IMG/VR virus record: IMGVR_UViG_3300042517_001086
Source: an uncultured virus (IMG/VR IMGVR_UViG_3300042517_001086)
Lineage: Duplodnaviria > Heunggongvirae > Uroviricota > Caudoviricetes
Direction: 5' to 3' (one strand)
Length of the DNA: 64,000 nt
The notes beneath the pieces are model-generated. The model did no database searches, had not been told where the DNA came from, and was given only the letters and a program-made list of their open reading frames with translations. Shown here piece after piece: positions 1-8,315 of the stretch. Position 1 is the stretch's first letter, and each line of letters begins with the position of its first letter. The position numbers and the translations under genes were made by a program.

Positions 1-673
1 TAGAAGTATAGCTATTATCTTTAATTTGGTCTAAGGAGACAACTATAGCCCCGCAAGACTTTGCCTCATTGGTATAGCTAAATCCAGCATCTTGTTTTAA
101 GTCTAGATAATACTTATGCGTCTGCAATAGATTGGCTCTATTCTGTTCTGTTAACATACCAAGATTTTGGTAGTGCCTAATACTAGGGCAGTTGAAAAGC
201 TTAATTGGCGTGGAACTATTTGGATATAGCAAATCAAGTAGATCGTTAGGAATAGAAGCTAATCCATCCATAAAACAAACTATACCATCTTTTTTATTGT
301 CATTTGTGCTAGTGCTATAAAATAGTTGATCATTAACCAACCCTAATGGAATAGCTACATCATAAGTATCATCATATCCAATATGGACTACTCTACATTT
401 TTGAGGCAGTAAGGTCTTGACATTCTCATATGACTTATTGTCAATATGAAAAAAATAAATGTTGGTACTATCGCTATAGTCCTCACAGAATTGTAAAATT
501 TCTTTATTTACTAGACTGCCAGAGAATATGCAGTATTCCGGCTTATGTCTAAAGAATGTTTGATATAGATTATTTCCTATTGATATATCTATTATCATAA
601 TATCTTCAAAAGATAAAGCAGAACAGTTTTGAACAAACTTTTCCGAGCTTTGCTGTACAAGAATAGATCTCAT
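1..673 (-). CDS. Partial hypothetical protein (runs off left edge), weakly GT-B-like
   Basis: Own translation MRSILVQQSSEKFVQNCS...YTNEAKSCGAIVV. ATG at 673 overlaps the TGA of the upstream gene (ATGA); EAxxCG resembles the GT4 EAxACG motif. Confidence 0.6.
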   Translation of the reverse strand, partial: MRSILVQQSSEKFVQNCSALSFEDIMIIDISIGNNLYQTFFRHKPEYCIFSGSLVNKEILQFCEDYSDSTNIYFFHIDNKSYENVKTLLPQKCRVVHIGYDDTYDVAIPLGLVNDQLFYSTSTNDNKKDGIVCFMDGLASIPNDLLDLLYPNSSTPIKLFNCPSIRHYQNLGMLTEQNRANLLQTHKYYLDLKQDAGFSYTNEAKSCGAIVVSLDQIKDNSYTS

Positions 674-1341
674 ATAAATACTTTAGCTTTTGGCAAATCC
701 TTAATAGTATTGATTTTCATAATTTTGGTTTTATTCAGGTAGTGTTTGCTTAATATTGTGTTAGACGATAGCATTTCATTAAGCAACTCAAACAAATACA
801 TTTGACTAGTTTTATTTTGTTGAACTATGACCGACAAATTATTAATAGCATCCTTATCCAAGTAAACACACTCTGCCCAAGGTTCTGGCAAATCGTAGAA
901 AATATATTCTGTAACAGACTGAGTTAGTGCACAACCTAAGTTAAAGTTTTCTTTGGCTTTGTCAAGAAGAAAAAGCTTTGAATGTCCAGACAGCAGTAGT
1001 TTATTTAGGGTATTTTTTTTCATCAATATCCCGTTATTAATAATCAAAAGATGTTTTGGAGAATATTTTTCTAAATACAGTCTTATGGATTCTCCTTGAT
1101 TAGTTTCTTTGTAGGTTGGATTAAAAGTATATTCTATACTCAATTCGTCTAGAACAGAATGAACTTTCTCGGCTTCAAATCCAGTAGCAACAGTTATTTG
1201 TGTTTTTATATCAAGATTTTTAATATTGTGTATTTGATATTCTAGTACCTTTGTGTGCTTCTTAATATCTAAAAGGGCTTTTGAGCCTAATGACTTCATC
1301 CCTTTTGTTATTTCTGGAACCAGAATCAAAACATGTAACAT
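670..1341 (-). CDS. Divergent sugar nucleotidyltransferase-like protein (NTP_transferase/LicC-like)
   Basis: VLILVPEITKGMKSLGSKALL, VLEYQI, VATGFEAEKV, NPTYKETNQGES and IINNGIL parallel ILAAGxGxRM..PKxL, VxGY, NxxYxxTN and DGD, but the key residues are altered. Confidence 0.55.
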   Translation of the reverse strand: MLHVLILVPEITKGMKSLGSKALLDIKKHTKVLEYQIHNIKNLDIKTQITVATGFEAEKVHSVLDELSIEYTFNPTYKETNQGESIRLYLEKYSPKHLLIINNGILMKKNTLNKLLLSGHSKLFLLDKAKENFNLGCALTQSVTEYIFYDLPEPWAECVYLDKDAINNLSVIVQQNKTSQMYLFELLNEMLSSNTILSKHYLNKTKIMKINTIKDLPKAKVFI

Positions 1342-1345
1342 CGTT

Positions 1346-1762
1346 TTATATACTTACTCTTTCGATATTGATACTAATATTATATTCAGCATAGTTAATA
1401 TTGATTAGTTTAAAAACGTTTGTATCTAATGTTGTTAAGATATCTTCGATAATTACTATGTTGTTTTTGCCTCTTAATGAGTCGAAGATTTGGGATGATG
1501 GTATTTTAGAATTTAAAAAATCCTCAAATAATTTCTTAAAGTTAGTTAGACTAATAGTAATCTGTCCTTGAGGCTTAATCTTGGATAGGGACTGTTTGAT
1601 AATTGTTTGTAAGCTAGATTTTTCTTGGTACTCTAGACATGAACACAAAATATTATCGGCAGAATGATTTATAATCTGTTCTATGTTATTTGTTAAGATT
1701 TTTTGATATCCAGAAATATTAGATACCGGTTCTGAAATACTAACTATATGATAATTTCTCAT
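1346..1762 (-). CDS. Hypothetical protein, degenerate class I methyltransferase-like
   Basis: SADNILCSCLEY...SKIKPQGQITISLTNF resembles SxDxI.SH.LEH...LKPGG.L.I.VPD; no SAM motif I. Confidence 0.4.
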   Translation of the reverse strand: MRNYHIVSISEPVSNISGYQKILTNNIEQIINHSADNILCSCLEYQEKSSLQTIIKQSLSKIKPQGQITISLTNFKKLFEDFLNSKIPSSQIFDSLRGKNNIVIIEDILTTLDTNVFKLININYAEYNISINIERVSI

Positions 1763-2637
1763 GAAACAAAGAACTCCTCAAGTTTTATTTTTTGTAATAG
1801 TGTGTTGACGCTGCTATAAAATGCATTAAAGCTATGATTGGATTGTATCCATGATTGATTGTGTAAAATATCCTCTTTGCTAAGCTCATCATTAATAATA
1901 GAGTTTAGTACTGTGTTAATATTACTATAGTCAAATAGTAGTGTTATCCCTTTAATCTCTGGATTATGGCTTGTGGAAGTTATTGTTTTACATCCTAGAT
2001 ATTGGGAAATAAGAACATTCATAGGATTGTATATGTCAATACATACTTTATATTTAGACATAATACTATATAGTGTATTGATTGAATCAATATGCTGCAA
2101 TCCATTGATTATTTGTGCTGTTGGGAATTCATTTTTAATATGCTGATATAAATTATTAATTTCTTGACTATTATTTGCATTCATAATCAAAATAGATTCT
2201 GTTTTCTTTATATTATTAAGATCTTCGAATACTGGTATTCCATATGGTACTATTATATTCTTTTCATCAATATCACAGCCCCAAGCTTTTAATGTTTGAA
2301 TATCAGAAAATATTTTTGTTGTATCATGTAATTGGTTTTTTACTAAAGCAATGTCTTCTTTTTTAAACTTTACCGGAGGACCATTATGGAACCAAACCAT
2401 ATCTATTAAATGCTGATTATGAGCTAGCATTTTGGTTTGCTGAGTATGCTCCAAGAAATTATTGCTCCAAAACAAGTCATAATAATAGTTTTGTAAACTA
2501 CTATTTGTCTGATATAGATTAACTTCTAGTAACCCTGCTAGTAAATCAAAAGTATTATTTGTTGGAGAATACAGAATATTAGTATTTTTATTAACATACT
2601 TATATGCTATATTGTATATAGGATTAGAATAACTCAT
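1759..2637 (-). CDS. Hypothetical protein, degenerate GT-B-like
   Basis: IVPYGIP and MSKYKVCID...SQYLGCKTIT loosely match the GT4 layout. Confidence 0.4.
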   Translation of the reverse strand: MSYSNPIYNIAYKYVNKNTNILYSPTNNTFDLLAGLLEVNLYQTNSSLQNYYYDLFWSNNFLEHTQQTKMLAHNQHLIDMVWFHNGPPVKFKKEDIALVKNQLHDTTKIFSDIQTLKAWGCDIDEKNIIVPYGIPVFEDLNNIKKTESILIMNANNSQEINNLYQHIKNEFPTAQIINGLQHIDSINTLYSIMSKYKVCIDIYNPMNVLISQYLGCKTITSTSHNPEIKGITLLFDYSNINTVLNSIINDELSKEDILHNQSWIQSNHSFNAFYSSVNTLLQKIKLEEFFVS

Positions 2638-2638
2638 T

Positions 2639-3640
2639 TTATAGATATTTATTAATGTGATTTGTTTTAAACAAAGAGGCCGTGTTGTGTATCTGTCTCA
2701 CTTCTAGATATTTTTTAATGCTGCTATTTATTGTTTGAGAAGATATCTTTAAAGATCCAGCTTGATTAATTTTATTAGACCCATCAGTTAAACTAAAGAT
2801 ATAGTCAGGATCAATCTTGATAATATTCTTCTTTAAGCTATTGGCTATTTTTAGATTAATACTATTTGATCCATAGTCAACAGCATCAATAAAGACATCT
2901 CCAGACTTATGGGCTGCATATATGTTATTTAAGTCTGATGTTATTGGAGCAATAATGACTCTGTTTATTGAGTATTTTGTGTCCATACTATTGTAAGTTT
3001 CTTTGATAAATTTCTCCAATTCAGCCTTTTCAGATGAGGATATATCCAGAGTGAACAAAACCAATACTATATCTTTAGATCTTAGATTTCCAATAAATGA
3101 TACTATAGTATCATATATAACTCTGACATTTGTTCTATAATTGCATACCATGTATAGTTTTTCACTATTGTTTAGTAGCCCTATATTAAATCCAGCTTTA
3201 TAAGATGAATCAACATCAAAAACATAATCTATGTTCTTAACTAGTTTTTGCAATGTGGGGTAAGCTTGAGAAAACCTGATAACATCTGGCTTGTTGTCTA
3301 CTAATATTCCGTCAAACCTTAGGACTTTATCTATAACATCTTTTGGTACAAGGTTCGTATCTATAATTGGTATTAATATGTTTCTGTCTACCGAATCTAT
3401 AACACAAGCCTTATTCAAAGGAACATGCTGAATAACAGTATCAATCTTTGATAAGTGTATATTTTCTTGACGACATAGAGCTTCGTCTATATTCTTTATA
3501 GCACATTTACTATCAAGAAATATTGGTCTTAGTGATATATTTTTTGATCGGTCGCTAAGCATGTTTTGTATTAATGCTGTTGACCACAATCCATTAATAT
3601 CTCTTTGTCGATATGGTCCAATGTATAGAGTATTATTCAT
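2639..3640 (-). CDS. Degenerate GT4-like glycosyltransferase
   Basis: LYIGPYRQ, VIQHVP and AHKSGDVFI resemble phage GT4 proteins; the EGF/EA motif is absent. Confidence 0.45.
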   Translation of the reverse strand: MNNTLYIGPYRQRDINGLWSTALIQNMLSDRSKNISLRPIFLDSKCAIKNIDEALCRQENIHLSKIDTVIQHVPLNKACVIDSVDRNILIPIIDTNLVPKDVIDKVLRFDGILVDNKPDVIRFSQAYPTLQKLVKNIDYVFDVDSSYKAGFNIGLLNNSEKLYMVCNYRTNVRVIYDTIVSFIGNLRSKDIVLVLFTLDISSSEKAELEKFIKETYNSMDTKYSINRVIIAPITSDLNNIYAAHKSGDVFIDAVDYGSNSINLKIANSLKKNIIKIDPDYIFSLTDGSNKINQAGSLKISSQTINSSIKKYLEVRQIHNTASLFKTNHINKYL

Positions 3641-3642
3641 TA

Positions 3643-5310
3643 TTAGGTTACGTTTTTCAGGTGTGCGTATGTGATAAAATCTTCATCAAATTTAACATTA
3701 TTATTCTTAACATTTTCTGCTTGATTATTATTATCTATCATAGTATTAATATAGTCAAGAGTATTATTAAAATCAAAAGGAGCCATTGATGTAGCACTAG
3801 ATTGTACAAATCCATAGTCTGCATTTTTAAGCAGTTCTAACATTTTGTATGATCCTATGAGTTCTGTTTCTTGGAAATTATTATTGCATATTCCAATAAG
3901 TCTATCAAAATGGGTCTGAGGATCAATATTTGACTCTTTGATTACTGGTGTCTCATATTTTCCAGTATTCCATTTAGACCTATATCCCTTTGCATCTAAT
4001 TCGTCAAAATACTTTTCCCATTTTTGAGCAATATTATCCCAATTATAGTGCTGATGTGTCAGATCTTGAATTTCATGTCTTAATTTTTCTCTGGTTGGTT
4101 TTGGCTTATTGATAAAATCAATTATATAATTAGCTAAATCATTATTATCTGGATAAACCCGTAAAGCTTTTGTTTCTAGTTCTTTAAATAGAGTTTGTAT
4201 CTTGATTGGGTAGGCTTTTAATTTTTTAACTATATCACACATAGCACTATAATCCACGGTAGCTATCGGCACACCACAAGCCCCAGCCTCCACCTGCGGC
4301 ATACCAAATCCCTCACAGATTGAGTACTGAACATAAAGATCAAATATGTTGTATATGCTACTCAGAGTGTCAGAAGATACACCTTCTGTTACAGATGGAA
4401 AGGTCATGCTTTTGCTCATACATTTTACACAAACCTTTTGTGGGCCAGTAAATACAGAGCACTGGGTTGTCTTACAGTTTTTACATATATAGGTGAATAG
4501 AACCCTATTACTAACTCTTGACTGTCTTAGTAGTTCAGGAATATCCCAACCCATATCAGGATAGCTAGTATGAAGATATAGATATAGATTCTCTCCCAAA
4601 GAACTATTAGAGGCTTCTAATCTATCTAGGACTTCTCTGAAAGTGGTAAATAATTCTGGTATTAGTTTGCGTTTTTGGTTACGCATAACTGATCCTATTA
4701 TGATAGAATCAGGAGATAGTCCAAGCTGTTGTTTAATATCGCTTCTGTTTTTTATCTTAAAGGTATTAATATCCACGCCAGGGGAAGTAGTATCTATATA
4801 ATTAATCTTGTTAGATGATTGCTCTTTAAGAACTTCCGCACCCCAATCAGAGTATGTAAAGACTGCATCTGCGTCTAAGAAGGTATCTATCCATTCTTCT
4901 TGCTGTGGTGAAGAATCTACTGTTGGCATTAATATCCAATGGAAAAATTTTCTAAGAGGAGAGGATCCTTGGTAAGCACTCATCCAATAATCACGAACAT
5001 CAATAACGATATCTGGTTTAAAGTCCAATAAAACCTTTTCAAAACGCCAGCGTCCAAACTGATTGTCTACTCTGGACGAATATTCTTTATGTCTATGGTC
5101 TGAATCTTTAACAGCATTGGCGTAGTATTTCCAGTGAATAGATACATCCCTCGGATCATTAACAAAACCATAAGAAGCGAATTCTGCTATTTCATACTTA
5201 TTGGTTTTGTGTAAACGAGTTAGTAGTTCTTTTGCATATATACCGAAACCAGAATGAATAAAACTGGCTTCAGAGCACATCAAGATTTTTAATTTATTGT
5301 TTTTTGTCAT
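3643..5310 (-). CDS. Glycosyltransferase family 4 with Cys-rich insertion
   Basis: SGFG, PGVD, RNQKRK, EGFGMPQVEAGACGVP and YNWD motifs; insertion CKNC...CVKC. Confidence 0.9.
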   Translation of the reverse strand: MTKNNKLKILMCSEASFIHSGFGIYAKELLTRLHKTNKYEIAEFASYGFVNDPRDVSIHWKYYANAVKDSDHRHKEYSSRVDNQFGRWRFEKVLLDFKPDIVIDVRDYWMSAYQGSSPLRKFFHWILMPTVDSSPQQEEWIDTFLDADAVFTYSDWGAEVLKEQSSNKINYIDTTSPGVDINTFKIKNRSDIKQQLGLSPDSIIIGSVMRNQKRKLIPELFTTFREVLDRLEASNSSLGENLYLYLHTSYPDMGWDIPELLRQSRVSNRVLFTYICKNCKTTQCSVFTGPQKVCVKCMSKSMTFPSVTEGVSSDTLSSIYNIFDLYVQYSICEGFGMPQVEAGACGVPIATVDYSAMCDIVKKLKAYPIKIQTLFKELETKALRVYPDNNDLANYIIDFINKPKPTREKLRHEIQDLTHQHYNWDNIAQKWEKYFDELDAKGYRSKWNTGKYETPVIKESNIDPQTHFDRLIGICNNNFQETELIGSYKMLELLKNADYGFVQSSATSMAPFDFNNTLDYINTMIDNNNQAENVKNNNVKFDEDFITYAHLKNVT

Positions 5311-5347
5311 AAAAAATAGACAGGGGCCTGCTCATCACAGACCCCCG
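5311..5347 (-). terminator. Rho-independent terminator after ssb
   Basis: Minus strand GGGGTCTG-TGATGAG-CAGGCCCC (one G-U pair) followed by TGTCTATTTTTT. Confidence 0.7.
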
Positions 5348-5375
5348 TTTATTGTTTCCTTACATTCTCATAAGA

Positions 5376-5747
5376 TTAAAACGCTACAGGTTCGGATGAG
5401 TCCTGCTTGCTGTTCTTTGTTAAGCGAGTGATCTTAGAAAAGTTATTTACTCTAACCTTAAGACTACTGTGCTTAACTCCGTCCTTTTCCCAGGTATCGT
5501 TCCTTAAAGATCCCTCGACCATAACCAAATCACCCTTCTTGAATGACTCAGCAATCATCTCGGCACCACTATCCCAAGCTTCACAATTAATGAAAGAAGT
5601 AATCTTGTCTTTGTCGCCACTAGCCTTCGTATATTCACGAGATACAGCTACTGTAAAATTAACAACAGATGTTTGCTTGCCACCAGTATTAACAATCCTT
5701 AATTCTGGATCACGAGCAAGATTACCTCTAAGCAATGTAATATTCAT
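5376..5747 (-). CDS. ssb: Single-stranded DNA-binding protein
   Basis: MNITLLRGNLARDPELR, FINCEAW, KGDLVMVEGSL and C-terminal EPVAF. Start moved to 5747 because AAGGAG lies upstream of it. Confidence 0.95.
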   Translation of the reverse strand: MNITLLRGNLARDPELRIVNTGGKQTSVVNFTVAVSREYTKASGDKDKITSFINCEAWDSGAEMIAESFKKGDLVMVEGSLRNDTWEKDGVKHSSLKVRVNNFSKITRLTKNSKQDSSEPVAF

Positions 5748-5790
5748 ATATATCAAACTCCTTGTAAAAAAGAAATCACGCAACTACTAC

Positions 5791-5818
5791 ATTATAGCAA
5801 TGAGCCGTTGATTGTCAA
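5791..5818 (-). promoter_or_regulatory. Sigma70-type promoter for ssb
   Basis: Minus strand TTGACA-16 nt-TATAAT with extended -10 (TGcTATAAT). Confidence 0.8.
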
Positions 5819-7440
5819 GTTATAGGCTCAAAACACTTTTCTACGATCAGACCGTCCTTGCTTTTGCTTTTATTTCCTGAAAAGACTAAAATATTACCTA
5901 TAAATAAATAAGATCTATACTGGGAAAACTGTTCAGGAAAAAAGACCACAGAATCCAAAGTTCCGTATTGATCCTCTATGGTAACAAAAGCCATCTCTAG
6001 ACCCGGATTCTTACCGCTCTTAGTTTTAGTAACATTAACATTCCCAATCTCTCCTACTAAAACTATGTTTTCTTTTAGCAATGATGTCTTGAATGTTTTA
6101 CAATTACAATTGGCCATAGTAATATCATAAACATCAAGTTTAGAGCATGTGATACCAACCCCTAGTAAATCATTTTCTTGATCTGATAACCATTCTATTT
6201 TATCAATTAAGGAGTAAGGCGGATGTCCTAATGATCTTATATAGTTCGCTATTGTTTCTTTTCGTCCTCTGATTAGTTTAGTTTCAGTATATAAAGCACT
6301 GAGAATGTCTATTATAGTACTATCTATCATGGTCTTTGAGTAAATATTAAATACCGTTTGCTCTTTTTTGGTTAATCCAGAACATATTTCATATTCGAAG
6401 AGCATCTCTGATCTATTTTTCTTATAGTAGTCAAATGCGCCGCTACTAATCAAAGCCTTGGCTGCAACAGAGTTTATATTCATCAGAATATTGCCGACCA
6501 TTTGTGGCCACGTTATATCATTAACATTCGTGTTCTTTGTTAGTTCTAATATTTTCTTGTATACAGACTGTCCTACCCCCTTTATGTCTGTTAAGCCAAA
6601 GTATATCTTTTGATTTTTCAATATGAAAAGCTCATTTAAATTTCTAAAGTCAGGAATATGGACTTCTATATCCATCTCCATAGCATTTCTAACCAACTCT
6701 TTTATTTCCTGTTGAGGATCTATTTTGTCCTTAGCGAACCTGAGATATGATGCAAAAAAGATCTTGGGGAAATGTGCTTTAGCATACGCTGATAAATAAG
6801 CATTCATTGCATAGCTTATGGAATGACTAGCATTAAATAAGTATCTTTGTGATTTTTCAATCCATTCGAATATTTGTTCTGCTTCTGGTTCTGATAGTTT
6901 CCCAGTCTGCTTAGATCCTTCTATAAACTTCTTACGGACTTTTGCCATTTTATCTGCTTGCTTTTTACCAATGGCTTTTCTTAGATCGTCTGCTTCTTGT
7001 AAATTGAAACCCGCTAGCTCTTTAGCTATAGACATAGCCTGTTCTTGGTAAATCATTTCAGAATAGGTATGTTTTAAGATTGGCTCTAGTGCTGGATGGA
7101 AATAGTCAATAGACTCTAAGCCATTCTTTTTATCTATATAATGATTGCTTACGCTTTTACCATCTCTATGTGCCTCAAGACAACCCGGCCTAAGAATACT
7201 GATCAAGCCAGATAGCTGCTCAATATTTTGAGGCTTTAATTTCCGGGCCATGGTTTGTCCTAATCTGGACTCTAGCTGAAAACATCCTTTAGTATTGCCT
7301 TCGGATATCAGTTCCCATGTTTTATAGCATTCTAAACTAATGTTAGATAGTTTGGGAGAAAATTTTATTTTAGGAAATTCTCCACCCTTATCTAATACTT
7401 CAAATTTACATCCACAATCAAATACAAAAGAGTCTGACAT
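5815..7440 (-). CDS. dnaE: DNA polymerase III alpha, C-terminal part (fingers, HhH, OB)
   Basis: GCFQLES, ILRPG, IYQEQAM, ADDLRKAIGKK, YLFNASHS, FGLTDIKGVG, MAFVTIED and VFFP. Confidence 0.92.
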   Translation of the reverse strand: MSDSFVFDCGCKFEVLDKGGEFPKIKFSPKLSNISLECYKTWELISEGNTKGCFQLESRLGQTMARKLKPQNIEQLSGLISILRPGCLEAHRDGKSVSNHYIDKKNGLESIDYFHPALEPILKHTYSEMIYQEQAMSIAKELAGFNLQEADDLRKAIGKKQADKMAKVRKKFIEGSKQTGKLSEPEAEQIFEWIEKSQRYLFNASHSISYAMNAYLSAYAKAHFPKIFFASYLRFAKDKIDPQQEIKELVRNAMEMDIEVHIPDFRNLNELFILKNQKIYFGLTDIKGVGQSVYKKILELTKNTNVNDITWPQMVGNILMNINSVAAKALISSGAFDYYKKNRSEMLFEYEICSGLTKKEQTVFNIYSKTMIDSTIIDILSALYTETKLIRGRKETIANYIRSLGHPPYSLIDKIEWLSDQENDLLGVGITCSKLDVYDITMANCNCKTFKTSLLKENIVLVGEIGNVNVTKTKSGKNPGLEMAFVTIEDQYGTLDSVVFFPEQFSQYRSYLFIGNILVFSGNKSKSKDGLIVEKCFEPIT

Positions 7441-7442
7441 AT

Positions 7443-8141
7443 TTATCCAACGGTAAATGCTGATTTAAATTTTACTTTATTCGAAATATTACGATGTAGT
7501 CTAAGAAAACGAATTAAAATATCTGCCGTATCCTTAACGTCTTTAAGAGCATCGTGAGCGCCCTCTTTACTAATTCCTAGATAGTCTCTAAGGTTATCTA
7601 GTGTATAGTTTTTAAGTTCATTATTTCCTTCAAACCAATAAAAAACCAAATTCATCAAATCTATAACATCTCTTGGATAAAAAAGATCTGAACGACCCTC
7701 TTTATTAAGATTGTCATATTTTTTACTAAGCCTCTCCATTATTCGTAAATCAAATCTGTTGATATTATACCCAGCAGCAATCGGAGCAGTAAAACATGAT
7801 TTTTTACCGCTTGATCGTGAATGATACATATTCAGATATGATACAAATAATTGCCATCCATTTTCTTGCTTTTGATAGGACTTCCAGTCAGCTAAAATAG
7901 CATCTTTAGTACTAGACCTAACTTTCGCATGAAAGTCTAGAACATCAGAATCTCCATAAGCATAATCAATATTATTTTCTAAAGCTTCTGGCTTTATCGT
8001 AATATTAAATTCAGAATCTGGTATAACTTCTAGTCGATATGGATCGATCATTATAGCAGCAATCTGAACAGGACTACATGTGTCGGGATTAATCCCGTCG
8101 GTTTCAAGATCAAATACGCAAATTTTTTGTAAATTAGCCAT
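7443..8141 (-). CDS. DEDDh 3'-5' exonuclease (DnaQ/epsilon-like)
   Basis: ExoI VFDLETDG, ExoII GYNINRFD, ExoIII AHDALKDV. Confidence 0.9.
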   Translation of the reverse strand: MANLQKICVFDLETDGINPDTCSPVQIAAIMIDPYRLEVIPDSEFNITIKPEALENNIDYAYGDSDVLDFHAKVRSSTKDAILADWKSYQKQENGWQLFVSYLNMYHSRSSGKKSCFTAPIAAGYNINRFDLRIMERLSKKYDNLNKEGRSDLFYPRDVIDLMNLVFYWFEGNNELKNYTLDNLRDYLGISKEGAHDALKDVKDTADILIRFLRLHRNISNKVKFKSAFTVG

Positions 8142-8313
8142 TTACCACTACTACTGTTGAACCTGGGAAAAATGCCTTCTGGTTATTATCAGCTGCTACT
8201 TGACAGTTGATAGATCTGCAACAACTAACTCTGACTTCTTCTGTCTTAACGTATTCAACATTGTTAACAGTGAATTTATCACCGAGCACTAATTCTTCAA
8301 ATTTCTTTTCCAT
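8134..8313 (-). CDS. 59-aa Cys-containing small protein (missed by ORF track)
   Basis: Own translation MEKKFEELVLGDKFTVNNVEYVKTEEVRVSCCRSINCQVAADNNQKAFFPGSTVVVVNG*. GGAG RBS upstream; fills the gap exactly and overlaps the next ATG. Confidence 0.75.
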   Translation of the reverse strand: MEKKFEELVLGDKFTVNNVEYVKTEEVRVSCCRSINCQVAADNNQKAFFPGSTVVVVNG

Positions 8314-8315
8314 GA

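Noticed and set aside
7441..8315. Split intein or self-splicing intron joining the dnaE halves
   Set aside because: No intein terminal motifs, and the gap is fully occupied by two ORFs with no room for a ribozyme core. Not excluded experimentally.
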